Source of the DNA: Coprothermobacterota bacterium
GTDB taxonomy: Bacteria > Coprothermobacterota > Coprothermobacteria > Coprothermobacterales > Coprothermobacteraceae
Assembly: GCA_036679065.1 (NCBI GenBank)
Contig: JAZIGN010000003.1
Coordinates: 192,001-256,000, forward strand
DNA: 64,000 bases
Direction: 5' to 3'
Shown here: piece by piece, positions 1 to 9,904 of the stretch
Numbering within the stretch: position 1 is the first letter of the stretch
How the letters are laid out: each line of letters starts with the position of its first letter
Translations under genes and position numbers: made by a program
The notes under the pieces: generated by a model
The model's database searches: none
What the model was told of the DNA's origin: nothing
Seen by the model: the letters and a program-made list of their open reading frames with translations, nothing else

Positions 1-20
1 CTGGCGCGATTTCAGTACTA

Positions 21-731
21 ATGATGAAAAAAGAACCAAAGCCTTCTTTGCAGAACTTTCTTTTAGGGTTTTCTGCTGGGGTCATGATCGCTGCATCAGT
101 TTGGTCCTTACTCATTCCCTCCATAGAAATGTCTGAGCACCTGGGGAGATTCGCCTGGTTACCAGCAGCAGCCGGTTTTTTACTGGGTGTGTTTTTCCTA
201 CTATTCCTGGATAACGTTATCCCACACCTTCACTTTGATCAAGAGTCGCCAGAAGGACCAAGATCCAATTTGCAGCGTGTGACCATGTTGGTATTAGCCG
301 TCACACTTCACAACATCCCAGAAGGTATGGCAGTGGGTGTTTTGTTCGCCAGTGCCTTACAAGGCTCAGCTCAAACAACTTTTGCTGCCGCTTTTGTACT
401 TTCTCTGGGCATTGCTCTTCAGAACATACCTGAAGGAGCGATAATTTCCCTCCCTTTGAGAGCAGAAGGAATGTCGTTGAGTAAATCCGTCGTTTACGGT
501 GTTCTCTCAGGAGTAGTTGAACCCATTGCAGCGATTATTACTTTGCTATTGACCAACGTGGTAGTTAGCATTCTTCCTTACCTTTTAGCTTTTGCAGCTG
601 GTGCCATGATTTACGTTGTAGTAGAAGAACTCATCCCTGAATCACAGACCGGACCACATTCTAATGTGAGTACGATTGGGGTAACCTTTGGGTTTGTGAT
701 CATGATGATCCTTGATGTGGCTCTTGGTTAG
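21..731 (+). CDS. ZIP family zinc/metal transporter (ZupT/GufA-like); probably starts upstream of the window
   Basis: Hydrophobic protein with HNIPEGMAVG and QNIPEG ZIP motifs. Confidence 0.9.
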   Translation: MMKKEPKPSLQNFLLGFSAGVMIAASVWSLLIPSIEMSEHLGRFAWLPAAAGFLLGVFFLLFLDNVIPHLHFDQESPEGPRSNLQRVTMLVLAVTLHNIPEGMAVGVLFASALQGSAQTTFAAAFVLSLGIALQNIPEGAIISLPLRAEGMSLSKSVVYGVLSGVVEPIAAIITLLLTNVVVSILPYLLAFAAGAMIYVVVEELIPESQTGPHSNVSTIGVTFGFVIMMILDVALG

Positions 732-739
732 TATTTTCC

Positions 740-1001
740 TCTTTTCCCGTTTTTCTATGATTACTAGTATTTTTAAGTTTACTCAAAAATCTTTTCCGTC
801 GTCGTAGTATAACTGTGTAGGTTGTGGAAAACTTTGAAAAAACGTGTATATAAAGGCTGTGCATACTGTGGAAAACCTGTGGATTATTCTCCACAGTATG
901 CACCCAAGAATTGAATCATAGAAAGTTATCCACAATATCCCCAGTTTTTCTATCTTTGTTCCACAGAAACTTTGGGTTATTCCACAAAACGGTTCTCCAC
1001 T
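740..1001. promoter_or_regulatory. oriC: DnaA-box cluster and AT-rich stretch downstream of dnaA (candidate oriC unwinding half)
   Basis: Perfect TTATCCACA at 926-934; near-matches at 823-831, 867-875, 878-886, 887-895, 957-965, 978-986; AT-rich tract ~740-800. Confidence 0.8.
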
Positions 1002-1009
1002 TACATGAG

Positions 1010-2335
1010 TTACAGTAAATTAAGTCTTTTCTTGATGTCATTGACGTAATGCCTTATGGAAACATTGTTGAGCTGTGCATCCTTGATTTTGGTTATGGCG
1101 TACATAACAGTGGTGTGGTCTTTCTTGTTGAAAAAAGCCGCAATTTCTGGATAAGACATGTCGGTGTACTGGCGAATAAGATACATGGCGATTTGTCTCG
1201 GCATAACCAAATCTTGGTTTCTCTTACTGGACTTTAAGTCATCCAGCGTCATACCAAAATAAGACGCTACCTGCTCTGCTATGGTTTGCGCGTTTAAGAC
1301 GGGACTTTGGTTTGTACTAACATCGCCCAATGCCTGCTTTGCTAGGCCCAAGGTTAGGGGAACATTTTGAAGGGTGGCTAAGGCGATAACTTTTGTCAAA
1401 GCGCCCTCCAGCTCTCTGATGTTTGTTGTCACAGCGTGAGCAATGAATTCTATGACTTCACTTGGTACGTCCAGCCCTTCTTTTTGGGCTTTACGCTCCA
1501 GTATGGCAACTCTTGTCTCGAAGTCAGGTCTCTGTATGTCCACAGTTAGCCCTTGCTGGAAGCGGCTTCTAAGCCTGTCTTCCAATAGTGTTAGTTCTTG
1601 TGGCGGGTGGTCGCTGGTGATTACAATTTGTTTTCCAGCCTGGTACAACGTGTTAAATGTGTGGAAGAACTCCGTCTGAGTGGCTTCCTTGCCGGCGATG
1701 AACTGAATATCGTCTATGAGAAGAACATCCACTGTTCTGTAGTGTGCACGGAAGTCTTCTGGGCTATTCTTCTTAATGCTTTCCACCATTTCGTTAGTGA
1801 ATTCTTCAGCAGTGATGTACAGTACCTGCATGTCTGGCTCCTGCTGCTGAAGGAGGTGGTTGCCTATGGCGTGTAGCAGGTGGGTTTTACCTAGCCCTAC
1901 GCCTCCCCAAATGAAAAGGGGATTAAACCTTTTTCCGGGGCTTTCAGCCACCGCACGAGCTCCTGCGTAGGCAAGTCTGTTGGAATCTCCTACGACAAAC
2001 TCGTCAAAGGTGTAGCGTGGGTTAAGTCTGATGAGCGACCTGGGCTTTCCCCTTTTTACGGGATTATCAGAGAAAACATCACTTGTGGGTTTCTTTTGGA
2101 CGATGACTTCTACTTCCAGTGCCATGCCTGTGATGCGCCTTAATGCTTCCTTTACTATGGGCATGTAGTTTTCTTCAATGTAGTCTTTTGCAGTATCCGA
2201 GGATACTGATATGGTCACTTTGTCTTCCCTAAGACTGTCAATGGCACTGTCTTTGAACCACATTTCAAAAGCCGGTTTGCTTACGTATTTCTGGATTTCC
2301 TGCAAAAACCTTTTCCAGAGCTCTTTTGGGTCCAT
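1010..2335 (-). CDS. dnaA: Chromosomal replication initiator DnaA (start reassigned to MDPKELW)
   Basis: Walker A GGVGLGKT, LLIDDIQF, domain IV KDHTTV; SD GGAGG upstream of ATG 2335. Confidence 0.98.
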   Translation of the reverse strand: MDPKELWKRFLQEIQKYVSKPAFEMWFKDSAIDSLREDKVTISVSSDTAKDYIEENYMPIVKEALRRITGMALEVEVIVQKKPTSDVFSDNPVKRGKPRSLIRLNPRYTFDEFVVGDSNRLAYAGARAVAESPGKRFNPLFIWGGVGLGKTHLLHAIGNHLLQQQEPDMQVLYITAEEFTNEMVESIKKNSPEDFRAHYRTVDVLLIDDIQFIAGKEATQTEFFHTFNTLYQAGKQIVITSDHPPQELTLLEDRLRSRFQQGLTVDIQRPDFETRVAILERKAQKEGLDVPSEVIEFIAHAVTTNIRELEGALTKVIALATLQNVPLTLGLAKQALGDVSTNQSPVLNAQTIAEQVASYFGMTLDDLKSSKRNQDLVMPRQIAMYLIRQYTDMSYPEIAAFFNKKDHTTVMYAITKIKDAQLNNVSIRHYVNDIKKRLNLL

Positions 2336-2336
2336 G

Positions 2337-2429
2337 TTGTCCACACCTCCTGTGGAAAATTCTATCACATATCCACAGCTTACTAAAAAGTTATCCACAT
2401 TTTCCACAGGGCTCTGTGGAAAACCCACA
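2337..2429. promoter_or_regulatory. DnaA-box cluster upstream of dnaA
   Basis: Perfect TTATCCACA 2391-2399; near-matches 2337-2345, 2351-2359, 2369-2377, 2400-2408, 2415-2423. Confidence 0.85.
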
Positions 2430-2453
2430 AAAAAGTTCCAACACCCTTTTCCA

Positions 2454-2469
2454 TGTTCCACGTGGAACA
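2454..2469. promoter_or_regulatory. parS: parS (ParB/Spo0J-binding) site
   Basis: Perfect palindrome TGTTCCACGTGGAACA matching the parS consensus. Confidence 0.9.
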
Positions 2470-2591
2470 TTTGCACTAAAGGCTGTTCAAAACAGCGCAA
2501 AAGCCAGTATTACGATCAATAAAGAAAAAACGCATTACTGGGGGTAAAACGTGTATATAATAGCTGTGTATATCAAGGAGGTGGGTTTCAG

Positions 2592-4025
2592 TTGAAAGAT
2601 TTCCTCGAACGTTTAGTTCAGAAGGCTTTAGACCAGGGTGCAACTTACGCTGATGCCAGACGGGTACGCAGAAGAACCGAAGACATATTCGTCCGTGATG
2701 GTAAATTGGAACAAGTTCAGCTTGCGGAGACGGAAGGTTATAACCTCAGGGTGCTAGTGGAAGGTTCTTTTGGTTTTGCTGCCAGTTACGATTTTGATAG
2801 TCCCGAGAAGGTGGTTTCTGAAGCAGTTGGTATTGCCAGAGCTTCTGCCAAAGTTAATAAGAAGAAGATTGAATGGCATCAGCAAGCTCCAGTTAGTGGA
2901 CATTATGAAGGTCCCATGGAAATTGATCCATTCAAGGTACCACTGGATAAGAAGGTAAGCGTGCTGCTGGAAGCGGACAAAATCATGGCGGCAAAGCCGC
3001 AGATAAAGCACCGCGAGCATTTTTTACAGTTTTGGGAAGAGGAAAAGGAGTTTTTCAGCTCTGAAGGCTCTTATGTGACTCAACATTATGTAGAGTCAGG
3101 CGGGCAAATTCAGTGTACTGCCATGGAAGGCACACAAATGCAAGTAAAGAGTTATCCCAATTCTTTTGGCGTTTTTCGTAAAGCTGGCTGGGAGTTCATC
3201 GAAGAGATGGATTTTGTACATCACGCTGAAGAAGTGGCTGACCTGGCCGTGGCACTCTTAACAGCACCAAATTTACCGCAGGGCGTGGCAAACATTATCA
3301 TACTGGGTCCCCAGCTTTCACTCCAAGTACATGAGTCCGTTGGTCATGCCACTGAACTGGATCGTGTGCTGGGTTACGAGGCATCTTACGCAGGAACATC
3401 GTTCGCGACCTTGGACAACCTGGGGAAACTTCACTATGGTAGCAAAGCCATGAACATTACCAGCGATCCCACATTGCCTTATGGGTTAGGCAGTTTCGGT
3501 TGGGACGATGAAGGGACACCGGCCCATCAGGTTTACCTAATCAGGGAAGGTCTGTTGGTGGACTACTTAAGCGACCGAGAAACCGCTGCTCAAATAGGAC
3601 ACAGTTCTTCAGGCGCGAGCAGAGCTGACGGTTGGTGGTCCTTGCCCATCGTTCGAATGACCAACGTAAGTTTACTACCTGGTGATAAGACCTTAGAAGA
3701 GCTCATGGACATGGCTGGCAATGGCTACATGTTTGACATAAACAAGAACTGGTCCATTGACGACAAGCGTTTGAACTTCCACTTTGGTGCTGAAGCAGCG
3801 TGGGAGATCAAAAACGGTAAGAAGGGGAAACTGTACAAGAATCCGTCTTACTGGGGCATAACGCCGGAGTTCTGGAACAGCTTGGTAGCCGTGGCAGGTC
3901 CTCAGGAATGGCGTGTTTGGGGTTTACCCAATTGTGGCAAGGGAGAACCCGGACAAACCATGCGCGTGGCTCATGGCACAGCTCCTGCGCTGTTTAAGAA
4001 CATAAAGGTAGGTGGCAACGAATGA
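2592..4025 (+). CDS. tldD: TldD family metalloprotease
   Basis: HESVGHATELD zinc motif and C-terminal CGKGEPGQ. Confidence 0.92.
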   Translation: MKDFLERLVQKALDQGATYADARRVRRRTEDIFVRDGKLEQVQLAETEGYNLRVLVEGSFGFAASYDFDSPEKVVSEAVGIARASAKVNKKKIEWHQQAPVSGHYEGPMEIDPFKVPLDKKVSVLLEADKIMAAKPQIKHREHFLQFWEEEKEFFSSEGSYVTQHYVESGGQIQCTAMEGTQMQVKSYPNSFGVFRKAGWEFIEEMDFVHHAEEVADLAVALLTAPNLPQGVANIIILGPQLSLQVHESVGHATELDRVLGYEASYAGTSFATLDNLGKLHYGSKAMNITSDPTLPYGLGSFGWDDEGTPAHQVYLIREGLLVDYLSDRETAAQIGHSSSGASRADGWWSLPIVRMTNVSLLPGDKTLEELMDMAGNGYMFDINKNWSIDDKRLNFHFGAEAAWEIKNGKKGKLYKNPSYWGITPEFWNSLVAVAGPQEWRVWGLPNCGKGEPGQTMRVAHGTAPALFKNIKVGGNE

Positions 4026-5350
4026 TGAACGAGGCTTTAAACGATATGGTGGAAAAACTTGTTAAGAACGGCAAGGCAGATAAGACTCTTGTGGTGGCAC
4101 AAGCAGAAGAGAACTTGCTTACTCGCTTTGCAGTGAACCGTATCCACCAGCACGTGCGCCAGGAAACGTTGAAAGTGACAGTGGTGGTGGAAAAGAACAA
4201 AAAAGTGGGCATTGCTGGCACAAGCTCTCTGAAACCTGATCAAGCTGATGCACTTCTGGATAAAGCACTGCTAAACGCTGAACTTTCCTCAGGCGAGAGT
4301 ACGCTGGAGCTTGCTGAAACAGGTGAGCAGCAATTTGACATGAAGTCGCGGTTTGTGGAAGATCTCATAGATGCTCACGAGGAAAGAGCAAAAATTGTGG
4401 CAAGCATGATTGAGAAAGGGGAAAAAGCTCAGGCTGACGCTTTTGGCGTGCTTAATGCCACAAGAGAAAAAGTCATCATAAGGAACAGTGTGGGAACCAA
4501 CCTGGAGTGGCAGGGCAGTGTGGGTTTAGTAAAAGCCATGTACATGAAGGGGCAGGGGAGTGGCTATCAGATCAGTCAATTCAACAACGCAGGCAATTTC
4601 ATATGGGAGCAACTTGCTGAAACTGCTTTGCAGAAATGTTTAGACAGTCAGCACCCGGAGCCGTTGGAGCCCGGTAAATACACAGTTATTTTGGAACCCC
4701 TTGCCGTGGGGACGTTGCTGGGTGAGATGGCAAGCTTCAGCTTTAATGCGAGAGCAGCTTATCAAGGCCACAGTTACATTTGGCAGCATCGCGGTGAGCA
4801 GCTTTTCCCCAAGTTCATGACCATTTATGATTGGGGCCTGGACGACCTCACCGCACTTCGTCTTCCCATGGACTTCGAGGGCTACTTGAAGAAACCCGTC
4901 CAGTTCATAGAAGGTGGAGAGGCCAAAGATGTTGTTTTTGACAGCAGGTTTGCAAAAATACTAGGTCACCCCAACACGGGTCATGCGTTGCCTCCTGAGG
5001 CCATGAGTTACTCACCCATACCACTAAACGTGATCATGCTGCCAGGACAAAAATCCATGGACCAGCTCATAGCTGAGACAGAGCATGGTGTGCTCGTTAC
5101 CATGCTCAATTACGTAAGAAGCTACTTGGATCCTCTGACCGTACTTGCCACGGGTATAACCAGGAACGGTACCTTCCTCATAGAAAATGGAAAGGTTACC
5201 AAAGCTCTCAATAATACCAGATTCCTTCAAAGTTTTGTCGAGGCGCTCCAGAACACCACAGACATCGGTTCTGAGCTGATGATGGTTGGCGAAGAGTTTG
5301 GGTCTTTTACAGCACCGGCTCTAAAAATTGAAAAATTTAACTTTATGTAG
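4022..5350 (+). CDS. PmbA/TldE family protein
   Basis: TldD-paired; TRFAVNRIHQ, PGKYTVILEP, D-x-EG, TGITRNG motifs; no HExxxH. Confidence 0.88.
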   Translation: MMNEALNDMVEKLVKNGKADKTLVVAQAEENLLTRFAVNRIHQHVRQETLKVTVVVEKNKKVGIAGTSSLKPDQADALLDKALLNAELSSGESTLELAETGEQQFDMKSRFVEDLIDAHEERAKIVASMIEKGEKAQADAFGVLNATREKVIIRNSVGTNLEWQGSVGLVKAMYMKGQGSGYQISQFNNAGNFIWEQLAETALQKCLDSQHPEPLEPGKYTVILEPLAVGTLLGEMASFSFNARAAYQGHSYIWQHRGEQLFPKFMTIYDWGLDDLTALRLPMDFEGYLKKPVQFIEGGEAKDVVFDSRFAKILGHPNTGHALPPEAMSYSPIPLNVIMLPGQKSMDQLIAETEHGVLVTMLNYVRSYLDPLTVLATGITRNGTFLIENGKVTKALNNTRFLQSFVEALQNTTDIGSELMMVGEEFGSFTAPALKIEKFNFM

Positions 5351-5374
5351 CTCTTAAATGTAATATTATTCACA

Positions 5375-5404
5375 ACAAGGGAGACCGTTTTAGGTCTCCC
5401 TTGT
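5375..5404 (+). terminator. Hairpin after tldD-pmbA
   Basis: 12-bp inverted repeat ACAAGGGAGACC / GGTCTCCCTTGT. Confidence 0.65.
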
Positions 5405-5517
5405 CTGTAATTAAGCCAACTAAAAGAATTTTGTGAACTGTGCAATGCATAATTGTTCGCCTGCGTATACGAATTATGATATAATAACAGCTACAAATAC
5501 TGTGGAGGCGATGTATT

Positions 5518-7362
5518 GTGCGGGGAGGTTACATGAACCGTATCCTGCGAGTAGACTTGTCCAGTAGAACGTGGACAACCGAAGAATTGGATGAAAAGCT
5601 CATCCGGGATTACATTGGAGGCAGGGGATTCGGAGCAAAACTGCTGTATGATGACTTGAAACCTGGTATTGATCCTCTGGGCGAAGAAAATGAAATCATC
5701 TTCATTGCAGGGCCTTTAGCTGCTACTGGAGCTCAATCATGCGCTCGTTTCGAGATTTACTTCAAGTCACCACAAACAGGCGGCTATTTTCAGTCATCAG
5801 GTGGTGGTTTCTTTGCTCCTGAAATGAAATTTGCTGGTTACGACGCTATCATCATAAAAGGGAAATCAGAAAAGCCTGTGTATTTGTGGATTCATGATGA
5901 CAAAGTTGAGTTCAAAGATGCTTCTTACTTGTGGGGTTTGGGGCTAGCTGACACCGAGCAATTGATCCGTGAAGAACTCAATGATCCTTATGTGCGTGTA
6001 GCTGCCATTGGACCCGCAGGTGAGAATCTGGTCAAGTATGCGGGGGTTTTCAGCGACCGACGTGCGGCAGCACGTGGAGGCGGCGGAGCTGTGATGGGCT
6101 CCAAGAACCTGAAGGGCGTGGCTGTGAGGGGCCATCAAAAAGTTCCCATAGCTAATAACGAAGCGTTCCAGCAAGCTTTGAAGGCTCAAGTCGGCGCTTA
6201 TAAAGGTAATCCCATGTACGAGATGATGCACACCACGGGTACGCAGGCATCTGAACTTACGGCAGTGCTGGGTATGTATCCCTGGAAAAACTTTAGGGAA
6301 GCACCAGGACCTGAATGGGAGAAACTGCAGGCTTCAGAGTTCAACAAGCTTCGCGTGCGAAAGATGGGCTGCCAGAACTGCATGATACGCTGCAGCCAAA
6401 TAACCAAAGTTTGGGACGGACCTTACAAAGGTGTGTGGAGTGAGGGTCCCGAGTATGAAACACTTTGGTCTTTCTCTGGTCCCATTGGAAAGGCAGAAAT
6501 AGGTCTCACTGTCTTGGCAGACAGACTTTGTGACGAACTGGGATTGGACACTATTTCAGCTGGTCAATCCATTGGTTTCGCTTATGAGCTTTATGAAAAG
6601 GGTGTAATAACAAAAGAAGACACTGACGGCTTAGAACTTGCCTACGGCAACATTGAAGTAGTACCAAAACTCATTGAGATGATCGCTCATAGAGAAGGGT
6701 TCGGCGACATATTGGCTGAAGGAACAAAGCGTATGGCTGAGAAGTACAATCAGGGTTCCGAGTATTATGCCATTCAAGTCAAGGGATTGGAGCTTCCTGC
6801 CTACGATCCCAGAGGAGCCAAGGCGCACGGTTTGAACTTAGCTACTTCTCCACTGGGCGCAGACCACAACTACGGGTATGGCTCTCAGGAGCTTTTTGGT
6901 GTTCCCATTCCTCGGCCTGTGGACCGCTTCGCTGTGGAGGGAAAAGGCGAAATAACCAAATTCAATCAGGATTGGGCAGCATTTACTGAAACAGGGATCT
7001 TGTGCACATTTGCCTCGTTGATGACTGGTCCAGACGTTTTCAGCCAACTGCTCTATGGAGCTACTGGTGTAGAGGAGTTCGCTGATCCTAACTACATGTG
7101 GGTAGTAGGTGAGCGCATTGTGAACTTGGAACGCATGTTTAATGCTCGTGAGGGCTTCACCAGAGAGGATGATAGAATGCCAGAGCGCATCGTGAAAGAG
7201 CCTCTGCCCTATGGCCCGTCTGCTGGTCAGGTTTTTGAAGAGGATGCGTTGTTGGATGATTACTACGCTGCACGTGGCTGGGATAAAGAAACGGGTTTAC
7301 CAACGGCTGACAAACTCCGCCAACTTGGTTTAGACTTCACCCTTGACTATGCAGCCCAGTGA
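5518..7362 (+). CDS. Aldehyde:ferredoxin oxidoreductase (W/Mo-pterin AOR family); start GTG 5518 or ATG 5533
   Basis: IGGRG, RGGGGAVMGSKNLK, CxxCxxxC, GPEYET, DELGLDTIS, YDPRG motifs. Confidence 0.93.
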   Translation: MRGGYMNRILRVDLSSRTWTTEELDEKLIRDYIGGRGFGAKLLYDDLKPGIDPLGEENEIIFIAGPLAATGAQSCARFEIYFKSPQTGGYFQSSGGGFFAPEMKFAGYDAIIIKGKSEKPVYLWIHDDKVEFKDASYLWGLGLADTEQLIREELNDPYVRVAAIGPAGENLVKYAGVFSDRRAAARGGGGAVMGSKNLKGVAVRGHQKVPIANNEAFQQALKAQVGAYKGNPMYEMMHTTGTQASELTAVLGMYPWKNFREAPGPEWEKLQASEFNKLRVRKMGCQNCMIRCSQITKVWDGPYKGVWSEGPEYETLWSFSGPIGKAEIGLTVLADRLCDELGLDTISAGQSIGFAYELYEKGVITKEDTDGLELAYGNIEVVPKLIEMIAHREGFGDILAEGTKRMAEKYNQGSEYYAIQVKGLELPAYDPRGAKAHGLNLATSPLGADHNYGYGSQELFGVPIPRPVDRFAVEGKGEITKFNQDWAAFTETGILCTFASLMTGPDVFSQLLYGATGVEEFADPNYMWVVGERIVNLERMFNAREGFTREDDRMPERIVKEPLPYGPSAGQVFEEDALLDDYYAARGWDKETGLPTADKLRQLGLDFTLDYAAQ

Positions 7363-7369
7363 TGTCGTC

Positions 7370-7639
7370 ATGTTAGTGAATGTGCTGTATTTTGGTCATC
7401 TAAGAGAGGTCACATTAAAGGACAAAGAAACCATTGAAATGCCATCAGGAGCTACGGTAGGGACCCTCATAGAGTTTCTCGAGGGGAAATATGGTCCAGA
7501 GTACCGAACTGCCATGGATGCCATAAAGGGCTTGCGCATCCTCGTCGATGGTAGAGATCATACTTTGCTTGGCGGCAAGGAAGCACCGCTAAATGAAGGT
7601 TGCACGGTTGTGTTTTTGCCACCCATTGCCGGTGGCTAA
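7370..7639 (+). CDS. MoaD/ThiS family sulfur carrier
   Basis: Ubiquitin-like length, C-terminal PPIAGG, follows AOR. Confidence 0.9.
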   Translation: MLVNVLYFGHLREVTLKDKETIEMPSGATVGTLIEFLEGKYGPEYRTAMDAIKGLRILVDGRDHTLLGGKEAPLNEGCTVVFLPPIAGG

Positions 7640-7687
7640 AGGTCTCTTGGCTGAGAATCGTTAAACAGCAGATAATAACTGCTTGGG

Positions 7688-7725
7688 AGGGGGAGGAGTA
7701 ATCGTTGATGCTCCTCCCCCTTTTT
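7688..7725 (+). terminator. Intrinsic terminator after aor-moaD
   Basis: AGGGGGAGGAG / CTCCTCCCCCT stem followed by T run. Confidence 0.7.
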
Positions 7726-7794
7726 ATGTTCCGACAATCCTTCTTGGTCCGTAGTATTAGCAATACGGTCAGGATGAAAGCGGTTTGTGGGAGA

Positions 7795-7810
7795 TGTTCC
7801 ACGTGGAACA
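7795..7810. promoter_or_regulatory. parS: Second parS site
   Basis: Perfect TGTTCCACGTGGAACA, identical to 2454-2469. Confidence 0.9.
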
Positions 7811-7838
7811 TACGCAATAGCGTTAGTAGTAGTGAGGT

Positions 7839-9824
7839 TTATTCAGACCGTTTTTGCTGTGGCGAATATGGGGCATACAGCGATTCTATTTCGTTAGGTT
7901 TTCCATCCCAAAGTTCTTTTGGAATGGAGCGCAGGAAAGGTGAGGGTCTTGCCATTTGTTCAAAACCATTCCCCCAAGGTTGCTTATATGGAACGTAAAA
8001 AATCAAATGTTCTTTGGCTCGCGTCATGGCTACATAAAGAAGACGACGTTCTTCTTCTTTTTCGGCTGTGGTCACAGACAAGCTGTGGGGGAAGAACCCA
8101 TCAGTAACGTAATACAAGATGACAGCTTGGAACTCCAATCCTTTTACACCGTGAACCGTGGAAATAGCAACACCTTCCACTCCACCGTTGTTTTCGCGTG
8201 TTCCCAAAGCGGATCGCTGTAAAAAATCATCCATGTCAGCGCTCTCTTCGGCAATGGAGATCAATTGCTTTACGTTTTCTGTTCGCTCGATGTATTCTTC
8301 CTCAGACTTACTGATGCTTCTAAAGTGGTCCAACAGATTTTCCTGTTCCATCACAAGGTAAATGGCTTGAGAAGGCTCAGCAATTTCCTGAATTGTTTGA
8401 ATGAGGGTATATAGGCTCTCTAAGTAATCGTTCATGGATAACTTCTTAAACAGGAGCGACTCTACTGCGGCTTTCATGGCTTCCAACAGTGTTAGCTTGT
8501 TCTCTTCGGCAAAGTTGAACAGTTTCTCCAGGCTCGCTGTTCCAAATCCTCTCTTTTTCATAGTCAATATGCGTTTCAAGCTTACTCGATCCATGGGGTT
8601 TCTACTCAGCCTCAAATAAGCAAGAATGTCTTTTATTTCACGGCGAGCGAAGAAAGGTACACCCCCAATGATGTGGTATTGTATATTCCTGGTGGCAAAT
8701 TCCCGTTCCACACGCGCGGTTAAAGCACGTGTGCGCATAAGAACGGCAATTTCTTCGTATGGTATGCCCATCTTGTGCAACCTTTGTACTTCGAACGCTG
8801 CTGTTATGGCGGCGTCAGCATCGTCAAAAGGTCTTCTCAAAATAAGCCTGTTGCCTGCCCCCTTTATGCTCTCTAGTTTTCTCTCAAAGAGCGCCGATGG
8901 GCTGTCGTTAATTAAAGCGGAAGCTGAATCCACAATGGTTCTATTGCTTCTGTAATTCAAATCCAAGAACACAACTTCTGGATTGTAATCATCGATGAAA
9001 CGCTTTATATTGTAGTACTCGGCAGCCCTGAAACCGTAAATGGATTGATCGGGGTCACCTACAATAGTGACGTTGTTCATGGCGGAATAGTGGGGGTTTG
9101 TCATATAAAGGAGCATCTGGTACTGCGCAAAGTTTGTGTCCTGGAACTCATCCACCATGATTAAGTCGAATAGACCGGCAATCATCTCCCTAAGTTCAGG
9201 CCTATCTTCCATACGCTGCGCCAAGACCATGATGAGATCATCAAAATCCAGGGCTTGACTCTGTTCTTTTAATCTTTCGTATGTCATGAACACTTGGTGC
9301 ACAGTATCGAAGTAATACCCCCATGAACCGTAACGCTGCCTGATGAATTCAGGAAACGTGTTGCAGTCAAACATCCTTGCCTTCGCAGCGGAGATGTGAT
9401 TGAGTACGTCATTGGGCCTAAATTTCTTTGTATCCATGTTCATCTGCTTTAGGATGTCTTCAATGAGGCCTTTACTGTCATCGTCATCGTAAATAACAAA
9501 GTTCTGGCTAATTCCAGCATAGGGGGCAAAGTACCTGAGCATCCGTGCCGCGAAGCTGTGCATGGTTGCTGCAAAAATGCGGTCGCCCTCAGGAATAAGC
9601 CTTCCTAGGCGTTCCTTTAGCTCATCAGCCGCCTTATTGGTAAAGGTTATTGCCAAAATGCGTTCTGGAGGCAGATGCCACTCCTTAACAGCAAAAAGAG
9701 CTCTATAAGTTAGCACCCTTGTCTTGCCCGAACCAGGCCCTGCTATGATGGCAAGGGGTTTTGGAGGGGCAGTTACTGCTTGCTTTTGAGCCTCATTTAA
9801 TTTACTTAAATCCACAGAATCCAC
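7839..9824 (-). CDS. pcrA: UvrD/PcrA ATP-dependent DNA helicase (start likely GTG 9824 or 9815)
   Basis: AGPGSGKT, VDEFQD, GDPDQSIY, NYRS, KGLEF, YVAMTRA helicase motifs. Confidence 0.93.
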   Translation of the reverse strand: MDSVDLSKLNEAQKQAVTAPPKPLAIIAGPGSGKTRVLTYRALFAVKEWHLPPERILAITFTNKAADELKERLGRLIPEGDRIFAATMHSFAARMLRYFAPYAGISQNFVIYDDDDSKGLIEDILKQMNMDTKKFRPNDVLNHISAAKARMFDCNTFPEFIRQRYGSWGYYFDTVHQVFMTYERLKEQSQALDFDDLIMVLAQRMEDRPELREMIAGLFDLIMVDEFQDTNFAQYQMLLYMTNPHYSAMNNVTIVGDPDQSIYGFRAAEYYNIKRFIDDYNPEVVFLDLNYRSNRTIVDSASALINDSPSALFERKLESIKGAGNRLILRRPFDDADAAITAAFEVQRLHKMGIPYEEIAVLMRTRALTARVEREFATRNIQYHIIGGVPFFARREIKDILAYLRLSRNPMDRVSLKRILTMKKRGFGTASLEKLFNFAEENKLTLLEAMKAAVESLLFKKLSMNDYLESLYTLIQTIQEIAEPSQAIYLVMEQENLLDHFRSISKSEEEYIERTENVKQLISIAEESADMDDFLQRSALGTRENNGGVEGVAISTVHGVKGLEFQAVILYYVTDGFFPHSLSVTTAEKEEERRLLYVAMTRAKEHLIFYVPYKQPWGNGFEQMARPSPFLRSIPKELWDGKPNEIESLYAPYSPQQKRSE

Positions 9825-9840
9825 ATCTTCATTATAAATG

Positions 9841-9902
9841 AAAAAGCCTCCGATGTGGGATCGGAGGCTTAAAGTTAAGTGATTATGGGATGGGGAAGGG
9901 GG
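9841..9902 (-). repeat. Copy 1 of ~62-nt element: C-rich tract plus intrinsic terminator (3' end of peroxiredoxin gene)
   Basis: GCCTCCGA/TCGGAGGC stem with U-tail on minus strand; similar to 10681-10745. Confidence 0.8.
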
Positions 9903-9904
9903 AA

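Noticed and set aside
801..813. 13-nt identity GTCGTAGTATAAC with 36134-36146
   Set aside because: Centred on a TATACT -10 hexamer; likely promoter-like coincidence, though it weakens the DnaA-trio reading
2336..2500. 55-aa N-terminal extension of DnaA in the ORF track
   Set aside because: Runs through DnaA boxes and parS; the SD supports ATG 2335
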